DNA of 64,000 bases from Oedothorax gibbosus (Eukaryota). The position numbers were made by a program, and so were the translations under genes. The DNA lies in the NCBI GenBank assembly GCA_019343175.1, contig JAFNEN010000097.1, positions 157,448 through 221,447 of the forward strand. Reading direction: 5' to 3'. Within the stretch, counting starts at the first letter, position 1. Every line of letters begins with the position of its first letter. The notes below the pieces were generated by a model, which saw nothing but the letters and a program-made list of their open reading frames with translations, was not told the origin of the DNA and made no database searches. This document shows, piece after piece, positions 25,042 through 37,932 of this stretch.

Positions 25042-25522
25042 GGGGCTGTGCACATATAACGTTATCAATTTTACACATATTTTTGACCCCCCCTCCCCTA
25101 CGATATCAAACATTATCATTACACGACCCGCCTCCCTCACTCTATGATATCGTTATCAGGTACAAAAAGAAAATTTAAGTTTTTAATTTTATATCACATG
25201 CATTCCTTCATAAAATTATTGGTGTACAGTTAATATCAATACCATAATTATCAGTAATGTTTTTATAAAATCGAGGCATGATTAGTGAAATTAATAAAAA
25301 AATAGAATAATTTTAATATCACGACTAATGCTAAAATTGGTGATAAATTAAAAAATATTTAATTTGTTATAATTATTTTATTACGAAAATTGAAAATAAA
25401 TAAATAAAAAATGATAACGTTATCAAAATTAAAAACCCCCCTCCCCCTCTCGACATCCTACGATATCATTTGGCTTACTCCCTCTCCCCCCTAAAATGAT
25501 AACGTTATATGTGCACAGCCCC
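25042..25522. mobile_element. Tourist/PIF-Harbinger-like MITE (TTA target duplication)
   Basis: Perfect 26-bp TIR ggggctgtgcacatataacgttatca...tgataacgttatatgtgcacagcccc. Flanked by TTA (25039-41) and TTA (25523-25). It starts 24 bp downstream of the exon 18 donor. Confidence 0.55.
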
Positions 25523-26078
25523 TTACTATTAGTGTGTTACTTCCCTGTGAAATTTTAATACCAAATGAATATTTTTAAGGATTTTATTATTTTTACTACA
25601 TACAATTTTAATTTTAAAATGAAAGTATTTATAATATTTTTTAAACCTTTATTTTGCCTGATTCCTTTATTTTTGTATTGCAAGCTATATAATACATGCA
25701 ATGGTTAGTTGCAAGTTGATCGTACTTGATTGTTTTATTCTAAACTCTAACTATACATTCCCTACATTTGTTTTGGGAAAAGTATATTCTGTTGTATCAA
25801 ATTTCTTTCACTTGCATATTTAACTATATATAACAATAGCTGAAAGAACTCGCTTCATAAGATCTCTTTAAATCCTTTTTCAACCAGTTGCTAGATTTAA
25901 TATTTAGTTATAATTCATTAACTTGGTTTGTCCATGCTTTGTGTTTTTGTGATTGTATATCAAAATGTTAACTCATCATTTTAAGAAACTAGAGCCTGAT
26001 ATTCTAGAAAGTATAATTAATATGCTAATATCCAACATAGTTAAATTAGAAATATTTTAATATAACTTTTTTTCACAG

Positions 26079-26187
26079 ATGTCCAGTAAACTGTCTAGAT
26101 CACCATCCAAATAAGCAACAGATTGCTTGTGGTTTATGGAATGGTAGCATTGAATTATGGGATACTGTTGCTTTGAAAAGAATGCTT
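26079..26187 (+). CDS. NWD-like gene exon 19 (WD40)
   Basis: CPVNCLDHHPNKQQIACGLWNGSIELWDTVALKRML. Acceptor tttcacag| and donor |gtaagt. Confidence 0.8.
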
Positions 26188-26354
26188 GTAAGTGAAATAT
26201 TAAATTATATATGCAATCTTCCCAGTGATTAAGTAATAAAATAGCCTTAATAATTTAAATTTGTTTTCTTTGGTCAATATAGTAGTGCTTAGTTTACTGA
26301 AACTCACAATAAAATTTCTAATATTTATTAATAGATTATTGAATAACATTTCAG

Positions 26355-26474
26355 GTACTTTCTAATGATTGTCGCTCAGTGAAGTCTATTACTTATACAA
26401 CAAATGGCCTCAACATTGTTTCTACCTACATGAACTCTGATATAGTTATATGGTCTTCTGAACAAGGACTAAAG
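26355..26474 (+). CDS. NWD-like gene exon 20 (WD40)
   Basis: VLSNDCRSVKSITYTTNGLNIVSTYMNSDIVIWSSEQGLK. Acceptor tttcag|. The donor |gttgta is weak, but it is the only phase-0 choice that joins exon 21. Confidence 0.65.
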
Positions 26475-26928
26475 GTTGTATTTAGTGTTTTATATTTTCT
26501 TTAATGAAATGCATAGTATTGCATACTACTACTCATAATTACAATAAAGTTTTATTTTGTTTGAAAACAATTTCTTTTCAAAACGTATTCTTTGATTTAC
26601 TGTGTTTTGTAATGTTTGAATCAAGAACTAGTTTTATTATTTTCCTTCCAGTAGAGCTCAATTTTAAGGTAAATATGTGTAGATCAAAATTAAAGAAGTT
26701 CACACTTCCAGAAGGAGATTAATCCAATTCTAAGAATTCTATATTTAGATCTTTAGAAGATTGAACAGCTTTTGTAATCACACCATACACAATGTGCCCT
26801 TTCTGATTGGCTGAGTGTGTAAAACATTTTAAAGTGCATTATAAATGACTTTGTCTCAGTGCAGTTTCTCTCTGATTTCCAATTGAGGAACATCAGCCGA
26901 GTTGGAGTGATGGCTCAAAGTTATAAAT

Positions 26929-27673
26929 TAGGGATGCACCGAATATTCGGTTACTATTCGGTATTCGGCCTATTCGTCCACTTTAGCCGAATATTCGGTT
27001 TGGTCGAATAGCTTAACTATTCAGCCGAATAGTGAAATTTAAAAATTTCCAAATTTCTTCAAGTTATCATCTTATAAAACGTCGAAAAATTCCCAAACGG
27101 GACTTGTTTTCTTTTTTATAATAGACTCAAATTCTTAAGTTTTAGTTATTTATAATGTTAAATCAAGCTTTACTCAAGTTATATTAAATAAACATGTCTC
27201 TTTAAGTTAACAGTTACAATGAGTGGGCTTTAAAAAAAAACAATAATTTCTATATATTATATATCACCATTGTAATTTTTTCACTAAAAGATAGAAAAAA
27301 TTAATTTTAATTGTATAATAATATTGTAAGCCATGGTTTTATTATATTTTTCTGATTTTCATTCTACACCGGATCCACCTACTTCTGTTTTTGTTTTCAT
27401 ACTTCCGTTTTCGTGGTTTGATTTTACCAATTTACACTTTCTAAAAGGCTTGTTTTAATAACAAACAAGTACTACTTTATTCTGTGTTGCTTCAACTAAA
27501 AATTTAATAGCTATATTGTATTAAAATTACTGTGTGATTGTGTACTTATATGTTTATGTTTAATTGAAATTGATGAATAATAAATACAACTTAGATCCAA
27601 TAAAAAATAAAAATTGGTTTAGGTAGGCCGAATATTCGGTATTCGGCCAAATTTGGTATTCGGTGCACCACTA
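26929..27673. mobile_element. hAT-type MITE (8-bp target duplication TTATAAAT)
   Basis: TIR tagggatgcaccgaata...tattcggtgcaccacta. Identical 8-bp direct repeats ttataaat at 26921-28 and 27674-81. Internal ccgaatattcgg palindromes and no ORF. Confidence 0.55.
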
Positions 27674-27768
27674 TTATAAATAAAACTTAATGCTTTAATT
27701 TTTTTTAATATTTTAAATTCATATGTTTTAGACAATCTGTTGGAAAATTATCTTTTTTTTTCTTTTAG

Positions 27769-27867
27769 TTGTCCAATCTGAAAGGTCATGTCTTACCAGT
27801 ACGATCTATATGCCACTCAACCACAGGTGATGCTCTTGTTAGCGGAAGCGAAGACTGTACCCTTAAA
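27769..27867 (+). CDS. NWD-like gene exon 21 (WD40)
   Basis: LSNLKGHVLPVRSICHSTTGDALVSGSEDCTLK. Acceptor tcttttag| and donor |gtaagt. Confidence 0.8.
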
Positions 27868-28616
27868 GTAAGTATTTGAGCTAAATTTAAAAAAAAATTG
27901 TATTGAAGATTAATTGAAACCAAAGTTCCAAATACAGTAACCAAATTCATTCATTTTTGCTGCTTGTTGTAAACGCAACAGAAATTACTCTATCCAGACT
28001 GGCTCTTTTTCATATACATAGCTAATATATAACCCCTTTACGCAACTGACGATGCGCAAAATCATTCATTTAAGATGAATGTTCAATCATAGATCAGTCC
28101 CATAGAGCTTAATGCATTAGTTTTCAAATCGCAACTGCTGCAAAAGTATTGCTTTGCAAAGTAATAATTTGTTCACCATCTATAAGAATTGCCATAGCAG
28201 CAAAAAAATAAATTATTAATTACAAAATATAATAATAAAATTCAAAAGGAAAATAGCATCTGGTTACTTAATAATTAATTGATGAAGTTTAAAAGTAGTT
28301 GCCCTCTTCAGAATATTAATCTAAAGATTCATCAATTGTATAAAATACAAGAAATAACATGAGTGTTCCACAGGTCTACCTCAAAGGATTTTGAAATCAT
28401 AGTATCGTGTCCGTAAAATGTTAATACACCGTTTAAAATTCAGTATTTATCCCAAAGATTGACAATATAATTAACTCAACTTTAAACTTTGATTTAATTA
28501 CCATATAATGAAAAATCTATAAATTGGAAATCTAGCTATGTTTTTGAAGGTTTTATATGATAAGATGGTTACATAGAATTTTGTTAAATTTAATGTTATA
28601 ATTTGTTTGGTCTTAG

Positions 28617-28761
28617 GTTTGGTCTTCAGAATCGGAACTGCCAATTCACACAATATCATCTTGTAAAATTTGCCCAATTAGTTTGATGGAAATCATTTCA
28701 GCCAATGCTTTGGCAATAGGTTTTCAGAACTCGGACATTTGGGTGATGGATATTAACAACG
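28617..28761 (+). CDS. NWD-like gene exon 22 (WD40)
   Basis: VWSSESELPIHTISSCKICPISLMEIISANALAIGFQNSDIWVMDINN. Acceptor tcttag| and donor |gtgaga. Confidence 0.75.
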
Positions 28762-28887
28762 GTGAGAGAAATCTAAGCATTTTTTTTTGTTTCATTTATA
28801 CATGTATTGTTTGGAGTTTTAAATATTTGTTTCAATTTTTTTTTTAAAAATTTGAATGAAGTAATTTATTTTTTAAATGTTTTATAG

Positions 28888-29033
28888 GTGTTGCTATTTC
28901 AAAGATGACACTACAGTTTGATACAGCTTCTTGTTTCAGCAGAATAAATGCATCGTATTGTGATACAGATGATCCTTTTGAAAACTGGACTGATACATCT
29001 TTGGTGTTTGGTACACAATCAGGACAAATAAAT
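28888..29033 (+). CDS. NWD-like gene exon 23
   Basis: VAISKMTLQFDTASCFSRINASYCDTDDPFENWTDTSLVFGTQSGQIN. Acceptor tttatag| and donor |gttagt. Confidence 0.75.
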
Positions 29034-29658
29034 GTTAGTTTTTCTATAGCATTTTTGTAATTTAATCATTACTCTTTTCTGTAATAAGCTTTACCAGAAT
29101 TAATTCAGTTTCTTAACTTCCCAAGTTCCCAATGTACTTACGATGTTGTACTTAATCGGTATAAATATACATTTAAAGATTTTCTAATATAAATATACCT
29201 TTTATGTAATGCCAGAAATATTTTTTAATAAAGTACATTAAATTTTAAAAAAAATTCAAGTTAGCTAGGTGCATTTCTTTAATGACACTATTTACGATGA
29301 AATCAATTATGCAAACTATCTATTTTTTGTTCAGTGAAAAAAACATAACTGATCTTGCTCTAAATGATATCAAGTTTTTCTTTTCTTGAGTATTATTGCA
29401 TCCATATATTGTATTCAAAATTCAAGTTTATATATAAATAACCTTTCGCAATTTCCAATTGTTTAAGTGTAATTTTAATTAATATATCTTCTCATATTTA
29501 TTAGCCGTTAGCCTTCAGTTAGGATTTCTAGCTTAATTTGTTTCCTAATTTTGTTTATATGAAATTTGGTCTTGTTTTGATAAACATACATTAAATCCAA
29601 ATAAGGAAGTTTTAATACATATTTTCTAAATATTTTTTACATTTTGTGGTTAAATAAG

Positions 29659-29795
29659 GTTGCAACTTTCTTGACATCATCCATTGAGCTTATTGGATAT
29701 ATGCTTGCAAAAGTCACTGCAATTATTCATAACAAAAGAATGGTTATTTTTGCCAATTCTGAAGGTGATATTGGAATATTCTCTTACCTTGAAAA
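29659..29795 (+). CDS. NWD-like gene exon 24
   Basis: VATFLTSSIELIGYMLAKVTAIIHNKRMVIFANSEGDIGIFSYLE. Acceptor aataag| is weak (no pyrimidine tract). Donor |gtaagt. The exon is phase-consistent. Confidence 0.6.
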
Positions 29796-31369
29796 GTAAG
29801 TTTAAAACTTGATGTATTGTATAATAATCATTAATTAAATATAAATGTCAAAACAAGTCTGATGAGAAAGAATTTTTACTGATGTGTTCTTTTTTTAAGT
29901 TAATAAATTATCATTCAAATTACCTTAATAAATTACTATTCAAATTTGTATTCAAATGCTTTTTATCGAATGACTTTAATTGAATTATTAAATGTAAAAA
30001 AAAGGTCATGCAACATTTTGAAAGTTTTCATGATAGATGAAAAACGTTTGGCTTAAGCAATATTATTTTTAGTAAAAATTTTGATTGTAGTGTCTGTGGA
30101 ATACTTTTCTTGAGCGCCTGAAGCAGGATTAAAAATTTCCTTTCAAAGAGATATTTATGAGCAAATTAAATTTGAACTAGATTTGACCTCGTTTACAACT
30201 AACAATCTACTGTTCCCATTTCCCAGCAAAATATCTCAGGAAAACAAATTAAGAAGCAAATATACCCAATGAAACAAAAGTTTCTTCCAAGTTTCTTCTG
30301 ATTTTTTATTATATGGTAATTAAATCAAAGTTTAAAGTTGAGTTAATTATATTGTCAATCTTTGGGCTAAATACAGAATGACCTGTTTTTGCAATTAACC
30401 AAATTGCAGGCCCCCTATAAATATTAATAAATTACAAATATAAGCAACTATATACAAGGAAACAAACAGTATTAAGCTTTATATTTTTATTTATGGTACA
30501 AGATAATGTGATAATATATTTAGAAGAAAAAGAATGATTTTTTCTTCTAAAAAATAACCCACTAGCATTTCTAGTATACAAAACAGGAAAATTGTTGAAG
30601 AATGTTGCTTGACCCCTTTTTGCATCTAACAATTCAAATGACAAGTAACTTTCCCCATCCATGATTTGTATCTTTGTTTTATTAATCAACTTTACATTAG
30701 AGCTTCAAGAGGGTTATTGGGGATGGGCCTCTTAACTTTGGATTGTAGTCAAATCATGGGACAGACACCTGAAGTGGTACCTAACACAACCGTATAGCCA
30801 TGTGGTAAAGGACTTAATACTAAAACAGATTTGACATGCGCTAGGCAGCATACATACACATCGGGTATGCATATGCACACACAGCATTAATTTCTTGGTA
30901 GGTTTTTTTTGGCCTAGCACGCTGCAAAAAAACACTGTTTAAAACCCCAAACCAAACCCATTTTTATAGTAATTTTTTTTCAAAGTTTAACCTTAAAAGT
31001 ATATTACAACATTTATTATTAATATAATCAGTAGAAAAAATATTAAATATTTTTACTTGTTACTTAATAAGAATAATTAAAAACTTTGTGAACTAACAAT
31101 CTTCATGATAAGGTTCTTTGATGGCAAATAGTTGTGACTCATATTTTAATAATTTTTAAGTTATTCCAATAAATTACTAACTCTCATATCTGATCCTGTT
31201 GTTAAATAATTGAAAGATAACATCAGTTGACATAATATTGCCATAATATATTTTCTAAACCTCTAATTATCACATTTTGAGAAAATTATTTACTTTTTTG
31301 AAATTCTTTTTAAAAATATAATTAGGATTTTATATTTTGGGAATCTCTAATGGGATTATTATTTTGAAG

Positions 31370-31472
31370 GACATCTAAGATTGTATTTGGAGCTCATGAA
31401 AGATCTGTGGCAGCCTTGAATTTGTATCTGATGGATGGAAATTGGTGTTTTATATCTGCTGGAAATGATAAA
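31370..31472 (+). CDS. NWD-like gene exon 25 (WD40)
   Basis: TSKIVFGAHERSVAALNLYLMDGNWCFISAGNDK. Acceptor attttgaag| and donor |gtatga. The nearer AG at 31379 gives an in-frame stop, so it was rejected. Confidence 0.65.
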
Positions 31473-31560
31473 GTATGAATGTCTTTATTGTTTTCAACCT
31501 CAATAAATCAAATAGGGATTTTTTGGTTTAGTTTGTTTCACATTTCCTGATGTATTCTAG

Positions 31561-31674
31561 GTGATGAAAATATGGTCTGTAAACTGTGATGAACCAGATA
31601 TAAGCCTGAAGTACAAATATATTTCAAAACATTCTGATTCTGTTACAAGTTGCTGCTGGTATGCATCTTCAGAA
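31561..31674 (+). CDS. NWD-like gene exon 26 (WD40)
   Basis: VMKIWSVNCDEPDISLKYKYISKHSDSVTSCCWYASSE. Acceptor attctag| and donor |gtaagt. Confidence 0.8.
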
Positions 31675-31940
31675 GTAAGTTTATACATGAATAAAAAATA
31701 TAAATGAGAACAAGTTTAAAAAAAATATTAGTTAAAAATACGATTTTTTTTAATAAAGATGCAAAACTTGTAAGAAATGCTATAAGTTTATATTATATTT
31801 AATTTGTAAGCAAGCATTAAATAAAACTTTAATAAATGATTCTAAACTACAAAATATACTTTAACATTTTATATTTTCAATTGAATAAATAATTTTAAGT
31901 AGGTATATGCATTTATTATATATTGAAAAATATTATTTAG

Positions 31941-32057
31941 GAAACAAAAGAACAAATTCTAACGGGATCTCACGATAACAATGTCATATTGCAAAAAGGA
32001 GATTCTAAGACTACTTTTAAAGGACTGAAAACCAGTGTTCTATGTGTAGACTTCTCG
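31941..32057 (+). CDS. NWD-like gene exon 27 (WD40)
   Basis: ETKEQILTGSHDNNVILQKGDSKTTFKGLKTSVLCVDFS. Acceptor tatttag| and donor |gtaagt. Confidence 0.8.
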
Positions 32058-32965
32058 GTAAGTTATTTTTTTTTGCCTATTAAACGAGATATGTTAAATG
32101 CCTACATAATTTTACCTACAAACAGGACATTCAAATATAAGGTCACCCTCTCTTAATATAAAATTTTTTTGAAAAGAAAAGTATGCAATATTTGAGAATC
32201 CTGCTTCGAAACCTTAAAGAAGTCTGCTTTCCTTATTTTCTTGTCTACTACTGACGCATGGTGATGTAGACACAATTGTTGAACATATCAGTAACACAGA
32301 GGTTTTGAAGTGCATTTTTGGGTCAGAACTTAGCTTTGATATACTCCCCAAAACAAAGGGGGTTTAAGTGTTTGGTTATGGAATATCTGTTCCTTCTAAT
32401 GGTTGTGAGTTCAAAAAAGGAGATAATGAAAATAATAATTTGTCTTTTTGGATTCTCTGTTATAAAATAGATGTGTGATTCCCTTTCTTTTGTGTTTGTT
32501 ACTTTTAGCTTATACTTATGAAAGTGTGGTTCACCAAGTCACAGTGAAGAAACTTATATTTAAAAAAAAATATTATTAAATATCAACAAAGAATTAACCT
32601 CAATAAAGTTAATTTCTAACAATACATGATGAACCCAATATAACTTAACTTAAGGAGACACCAAGACACAATACAATAAACACTAATAATACCAAAAGGA
32701 GTGTGTGGTCGAGTAACACGTAGGCAAGAGCTGTATTTATATATCTGAAAACACAGGTGGCTAAGACAAAGTTAGTTAAATATAAACAATCACAGTCTGC
32801 AGTTAAGAGGCACACCACAAAAGGAAATATCTTCTGTAATAAAGTTTTTAAACAGCATTGTTAAAACTTGCAACTTTATTACTAAAATATCATTTAAAAA
32901 AAAATTTGTTTTGTTTCTTAATTTTTTTATTTAAAAATTAAAACCAATGTTTTTGTAAACCTTCG

Positions 32966-34198
32966 AAAGGCCCTCGCCAGATAAGACGGTGAAAAATGCC
33001 CCCATTTCAATCGGGCTAATTTTTTTCCTGAAAATACCTCATAGTATGAACAACTTCTCAGCTAAGTTTCAGCTCTAAAATATGATGCGTTTTTTATTAA
33101 AAAATAAAATGATTTTTATTTTATAATTGAATATTCCCTGAATCTGTGATAATATCCAAAAAACTGCTCATGAGTTTATAGATATTATTGAGTAGTATTC
33201 TCAGAAAAATCTGCTCATAAATCTGATCGAGTGATCATTGTTAAAAATGCAATTTTATTTTTCAAAAAAACATTTTTATGCCAAAATCGTTTGGTACACT
33301 TTAGGTTTCTATCTCTACATGTTCCTCTAACATCAATCTACAATATATATTTTTTTCAGATTTTTTAAAAATATTACATGATAGTTAAAAAAATAAAATA
33401 TTCTTAAAACCTGATTTTTCGCACTACTTACTCGGCAGATTGCACCCCTAATAGAGGCGGGGAAATTCAATCTGATACAATTTCTTCAAGAACAGGAATC
33501 GCGCTAATCCTATAGTACAGTCAAATAATTTTTTCTACATAATCCTCATGTTTTTCATCTTCTTGTCTCATCATCTACTTTTTTTATGTATTTTAAGTAA
33601 TTATTTATTTTATTAATAGTCAACATTTATTTTATACATTTTTTTCACAACTTTTTAATTTTTAAACAACGAAGTTCTATCAATTCCTGTTCTTGAAGAA
33701 ATTGTACCAGATTGAATTTCCCCGCCTCTGTTAGGGGTGCCATCTGCCGAGTAAGTAGTGCGAAAAATCAGGTTTTAAGAATTTTTTTTTTTATCTATCA
33801 TCTAATATTTTTAAAAATCTGAAAAAATTATATATTGTAGATTGATGTTAGAGGAACATGAAGAGATAAAAACCTAAGGTGTACCAAACGATTTTGGCAT
33901 AAAAAGGTTTTTTTGAAAAATAAAATAGCATTTTTAACAATGATCACTCGATCAGATTTATGAGCGGATTTTTCTGAGAATATTACTCAATGATACCTTA
34001 AAACTCATGAGCAGTTTATTGGATATTATCAAACAGATTCAGGGAATATTCAATTTAAAAATAAAAATACTTTTATTTTTTACTCAAAAACGCGTCATAT
34101 TTTAGAGCTGAAACTTGGCTGTGAGGTATTTTCAGGAAAAAAATTAGCCAATATTGGAATGGGGGCATTTTTCACCGTCTTATCTGGCGAGGGCCTTT
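32966..34198. mobile_element. Foldback element: ~545-bp near-perfect inverted arms around a ~170-bp spacer
   Basis: The left arm begins aaaggccctcgccagataagacggtgaaaaatgcccccatttcaatcgggc. The right arm ends with its reverse complement (gcccgattg..ggcatttttcaccgtcttatctggcgagggccttt). The arms read as mirror complements by eye over their full length. Confidence 0.6.
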
Positions 34199-34540
34199 AT
34201 ATCGTTTTCTTTTCAAGCAATTTGGGCTAATCAAGTTTACCTGCATTCACAATAGTTTATGTTAAAGTATCCCATACCTAATTATATGAATAAAAAAATG
34301 ACGATTTTTTTAGCATAATGATTAAGTCAAGTTATTTTAAATATTTCCAAACAATTTTGTGTAAAATTACCTGAAAATGTTTTTTTCATTATAATTAACA
34401 GTTAGGTATATTCCTAGTAAAATTTTCAATTAAGGTTTCAACCAGCCTAACACTCAACCTATCATAAAAAAAAACATAATTGTTAAGCTGTTTAATAGTA
34501 AAGTATTTACTACTTAGAATACATGATGTTCTTTAAATAG

Positions 34541-34667
34541 GAAAATTATGTTGTTGGATGTGGCCGTGATGGTAGTGTAGCTGTTTGGTTTAAAGATGGA
34601 AAATTATTAACCTATATATCAGGAATTGATCAGTCATCTACTATTCTTTCTTTCCGCATTGATAAAG
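34541..34667 (+). CDS. NWD-like gene exon 28 (WD40)
   Basis: ENYVVGCGRDGSVAVWFKDGKLLTYISGIDQSSTILSFRIDK. Acceptor ttaaatag| and donor |gtaaat. Confidence 0.8.
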
Positions 34668-34990
34668 GTAAATATTTATTTTTTATTGCACTTCTATATA
34701 TCTGGATACAAAAATAGATGTCATGCATTATAATATATATTAGTTTAAGCATGTAACCTGTTTTGAATCAGCTTTTAATTACACAAATTAAAATCTTGAA
34801 ACTAAGGCTTTTTTTTCCTTGGTCCCTTTTTACCAAATTTCATTGATCGGTGAATTATATGAACTTCATTTTAAGTTTATTAAATTAAGTTTCATACTTT
34901 TATTATATTTTATTGTACTGATATTCTTATAAGCTAGTTATTGTTTAATTGTGTATACAAATTGAGTATTGTAACTGCTTTTGAAATTAG

Positions 34991-35067
34991 ATCCTGTAAG
35001 AAATTTTGACATAACTCTTGCTTTTGTGGACAAGGATGGAAGTGTAAAAATTAGGAAACCCATACAG
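34991..35067 (+). CDS. NWD-like gene exon 29
   Basis: DPVRNFDITLAFVDKDGSVKIRKPIQ. Acceptor gaaattag| and donor |gtataa. Confidence 0.7.
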
Positions 35068-35879
35068 GTATAAAATATTTAACAATGTCAAATTTCTATA
35101 AATTATAATATGTCTACCTAACACCGTGAAAGTTTAACCCATTTTGTTCCATATCATATATGTGTCCCAGAATATATTTACAGTCTAGTTTGAGCTAATG
35201 AGTCTGAAAGAGCTCAGCTTGAATCTTGAAACCAATTCTAACTCTCAAAAGTAACTTTCAAATGGTAATAAGGAAATGAATCTTAAAAATGAATGATCAG
35301 AAATTAGTGATTGAAGGTACTAAAATAACTAGATCAGGAGATTCATTGTAGTTCATAATTTGGCTTGCTTTGACTTGCCCTTTCATGCTCTGTAAAAATT
35401 ATTTTACAATTACTAATTTGAATGTCCTCATAAGTGATTACTTTCCAAAATTTTATCTGCCTTTGATTAGACCATGATCTAGATTCGAAAACACCGTTAT
35501 ATTATATAATTTATACATTTAGTGTGGTAAAAAATAATAACACTAAGTGGAAAAATATTAATGTGGAAAAAACTCATTTTCTTGGAAATCCTTTTAAAAT
35601 TTACATTTTTTAGATCACTTAAATTTTATATTATCTCTTAAAAAAATTGATTTCAAATGCATTTAAAGCATAGATATGCATAAGAATTTTCTTTTTTTTT
35701 GTGTCTAGTTATTTTTAACAAATGACCATCAAAACAGCTAATCACTGCTCACATGTGCATTTACCACCAAAAAGAAAGAAAAAAAGAAAAACACTTTTTG
35801 ATTTTTGATAAAATGTGGAAAAGTATGAGATTTAAAAGTGCAATTTTTGTTGTTGCCAAAATTGAGGTAGAGGAGAAAT

Positions 35880-36295
35880 TGAATTGGTGATTGAGAGTCA
35901 TTTTTTTAAAGGGGGACAACTTGTTATAGATGATACCTTCGATTTTCTTGAAACTTTCATGATATGTTAGTAGTACTAAAATATGGAAAAGTGAATTTAT
36001 GCTGACATGTACCTAGTATCAAGTAGTATTCATATTTTAAAAAAAATTCATGGGATACATCATGGCTTGAGAAGTAGAAGGATGATTATAATGTACATCA
36101 TTGATCCATTACCTCAAACTTTGACTTTCTCTCAAGGTCAAACAAAACAGATTTAAGAAAACTGAAATTCATTTTTTCATATCTGAGTACTACTAACATA
36201 TCCTGAAAGTTTCAAGATAATTAAAGACATCAACTATCACGCCCCTATTTCATTTGGCCTAGTTTAAAAAAATGACTCTTAACCAACACAAATGT
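35880..36295. mobile_element. MITE-like element with ~60-bp TIRs
   Basis: gagtcatttttttaaa...cttgaaactttcatgatatgttagtagtac at the left end. The reverse-complement partner gtactactaacatatcctgaaagtttcaag...tttaaaaaaatgactc is at the right end. Confidence 0.4.
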
Positions 36296-37932
36296 GTAAC
36301 AACTGAAGATTTTTAACATTCCTGTTTCGTAACATAAGCTTCATGTTGTTTTAGTCCAATTTTAAGTGCTCTCTTTGTTTGTCTTATGTACAAGAGGCCA
36401 CATTGGCAAGAAATGTTGTAAATGCCTTAGTCATTAAAAGTAACAATCAAAAGAAAAAGATAAACCAAAAGATCAAAAAGTATCAATCAAAAATATCAGT
36501 CTATGTAATGGTTTCTTAGGTGTTAAATTTCTTTTCACCAATGTACTAATTGAAGTTTCTCTTAATTGCTAAGAGCTTAAACTAAAGGAACTTCACTATT
36601 GCTCGATTGAAATATGTGACTTAATTAGTCTGACTAAAATTTGCCTCTGACAGTCGAATTTTGGCCATAAGGACAAATTTTATAGACAAAGAGGTCTCAC
36701 ATTGGCTAACCCCTTATCTCCAATCCGTAGGGATGTTTACATACATTATTCTGAAATTAAACTGTTCTCCATATGTAACTTCCTGTTTTAGATATGTTAT
36801 GTTCACAAAACATTTCTCTCCTAGATTTTTCAAAATGTAAAATTAACATTACTCCAAACACTGCTTTTTATATAAGTTACATCCTTAAAATAAGAAATTC
36901 TCTTGACCCCCCCCATATTCTATTCACAGTTGAAATATAAAATACTTTACCCTTTTTAGATGATCTAATTGAATTTTAAAATAACATGTTCTCTACCAGT
37001 GTTTTCTGTAAGCCATTTTCTGTATCTTTTCCACCCCATTCCCCATCTTGCTATGCTTATAAACTAAAACAATAAAAAAAATGGCAGAATTTTACTCTTA
37101 CAAAACCATGCATTTAATATTTGTCCTACTTGATGATTCTTTAGAAGTGAAGCTCTTACATATCAGAGACTTTTGCTAACGACATTTAATTTCTGTTCTG
37201 TATTATTCTTAAATCAGTAATATTATTAAAAACATTTTAAAAGTTCCAATATAAAGTTATTTTCTCTCATATCAACAAACTGAATGTTTCCAATCTTAAA
37301 GACCCCATTGATACTTTTAATGACTGAGGCATTTACAACATTCCTTGCTAATCCAGCCTCTTATACATAGGAGCAACAAATAAAGCACTTAAAATCAGAT
37401 TTAAAGAACATGAAGCTTTTTTTTAAGAAACAAGAATGTGTCAAAAATTTACTGTAGGTACACATTTCTGGGAGTTCAATCACCCTTTCAATATTTTCTT
37501 TACCTCAATTTTGGTTAAACCTTAGAGCATCAGCGAACTTAAGTTTTACAAAGCCAACCATGTTCTCAAAAACTGCCATAACTTAGTTTATTTTTTGTCT
37601 ACTCCAGAATTCTCCTCGATTTGGCAAAGCATCATAGAAACAGGATAATTTGTTTCTACAAGCCCAAAGCATTATTCTCCTCCCCAAACCAAACCACCCG
37701 TTTCCGGATATTATATTTGCCTACCATTGCTCGGGTATTTTTTTTAGTCAGAATTTGTGTATTCTGATGTAGCAGGAGCCTAAGAAACATGTTTATTTTT
37801 ACGTAATACTATTTGTGCCAATAATCCACCTGTACTTCAATTATCTTCCAGTGATATTTGTAGCTTATACTTTATAATGTATTTATTAATAATTTTTTTA
37901 ATGTTTCAATAAAATACAAATAATCTTTTTAG

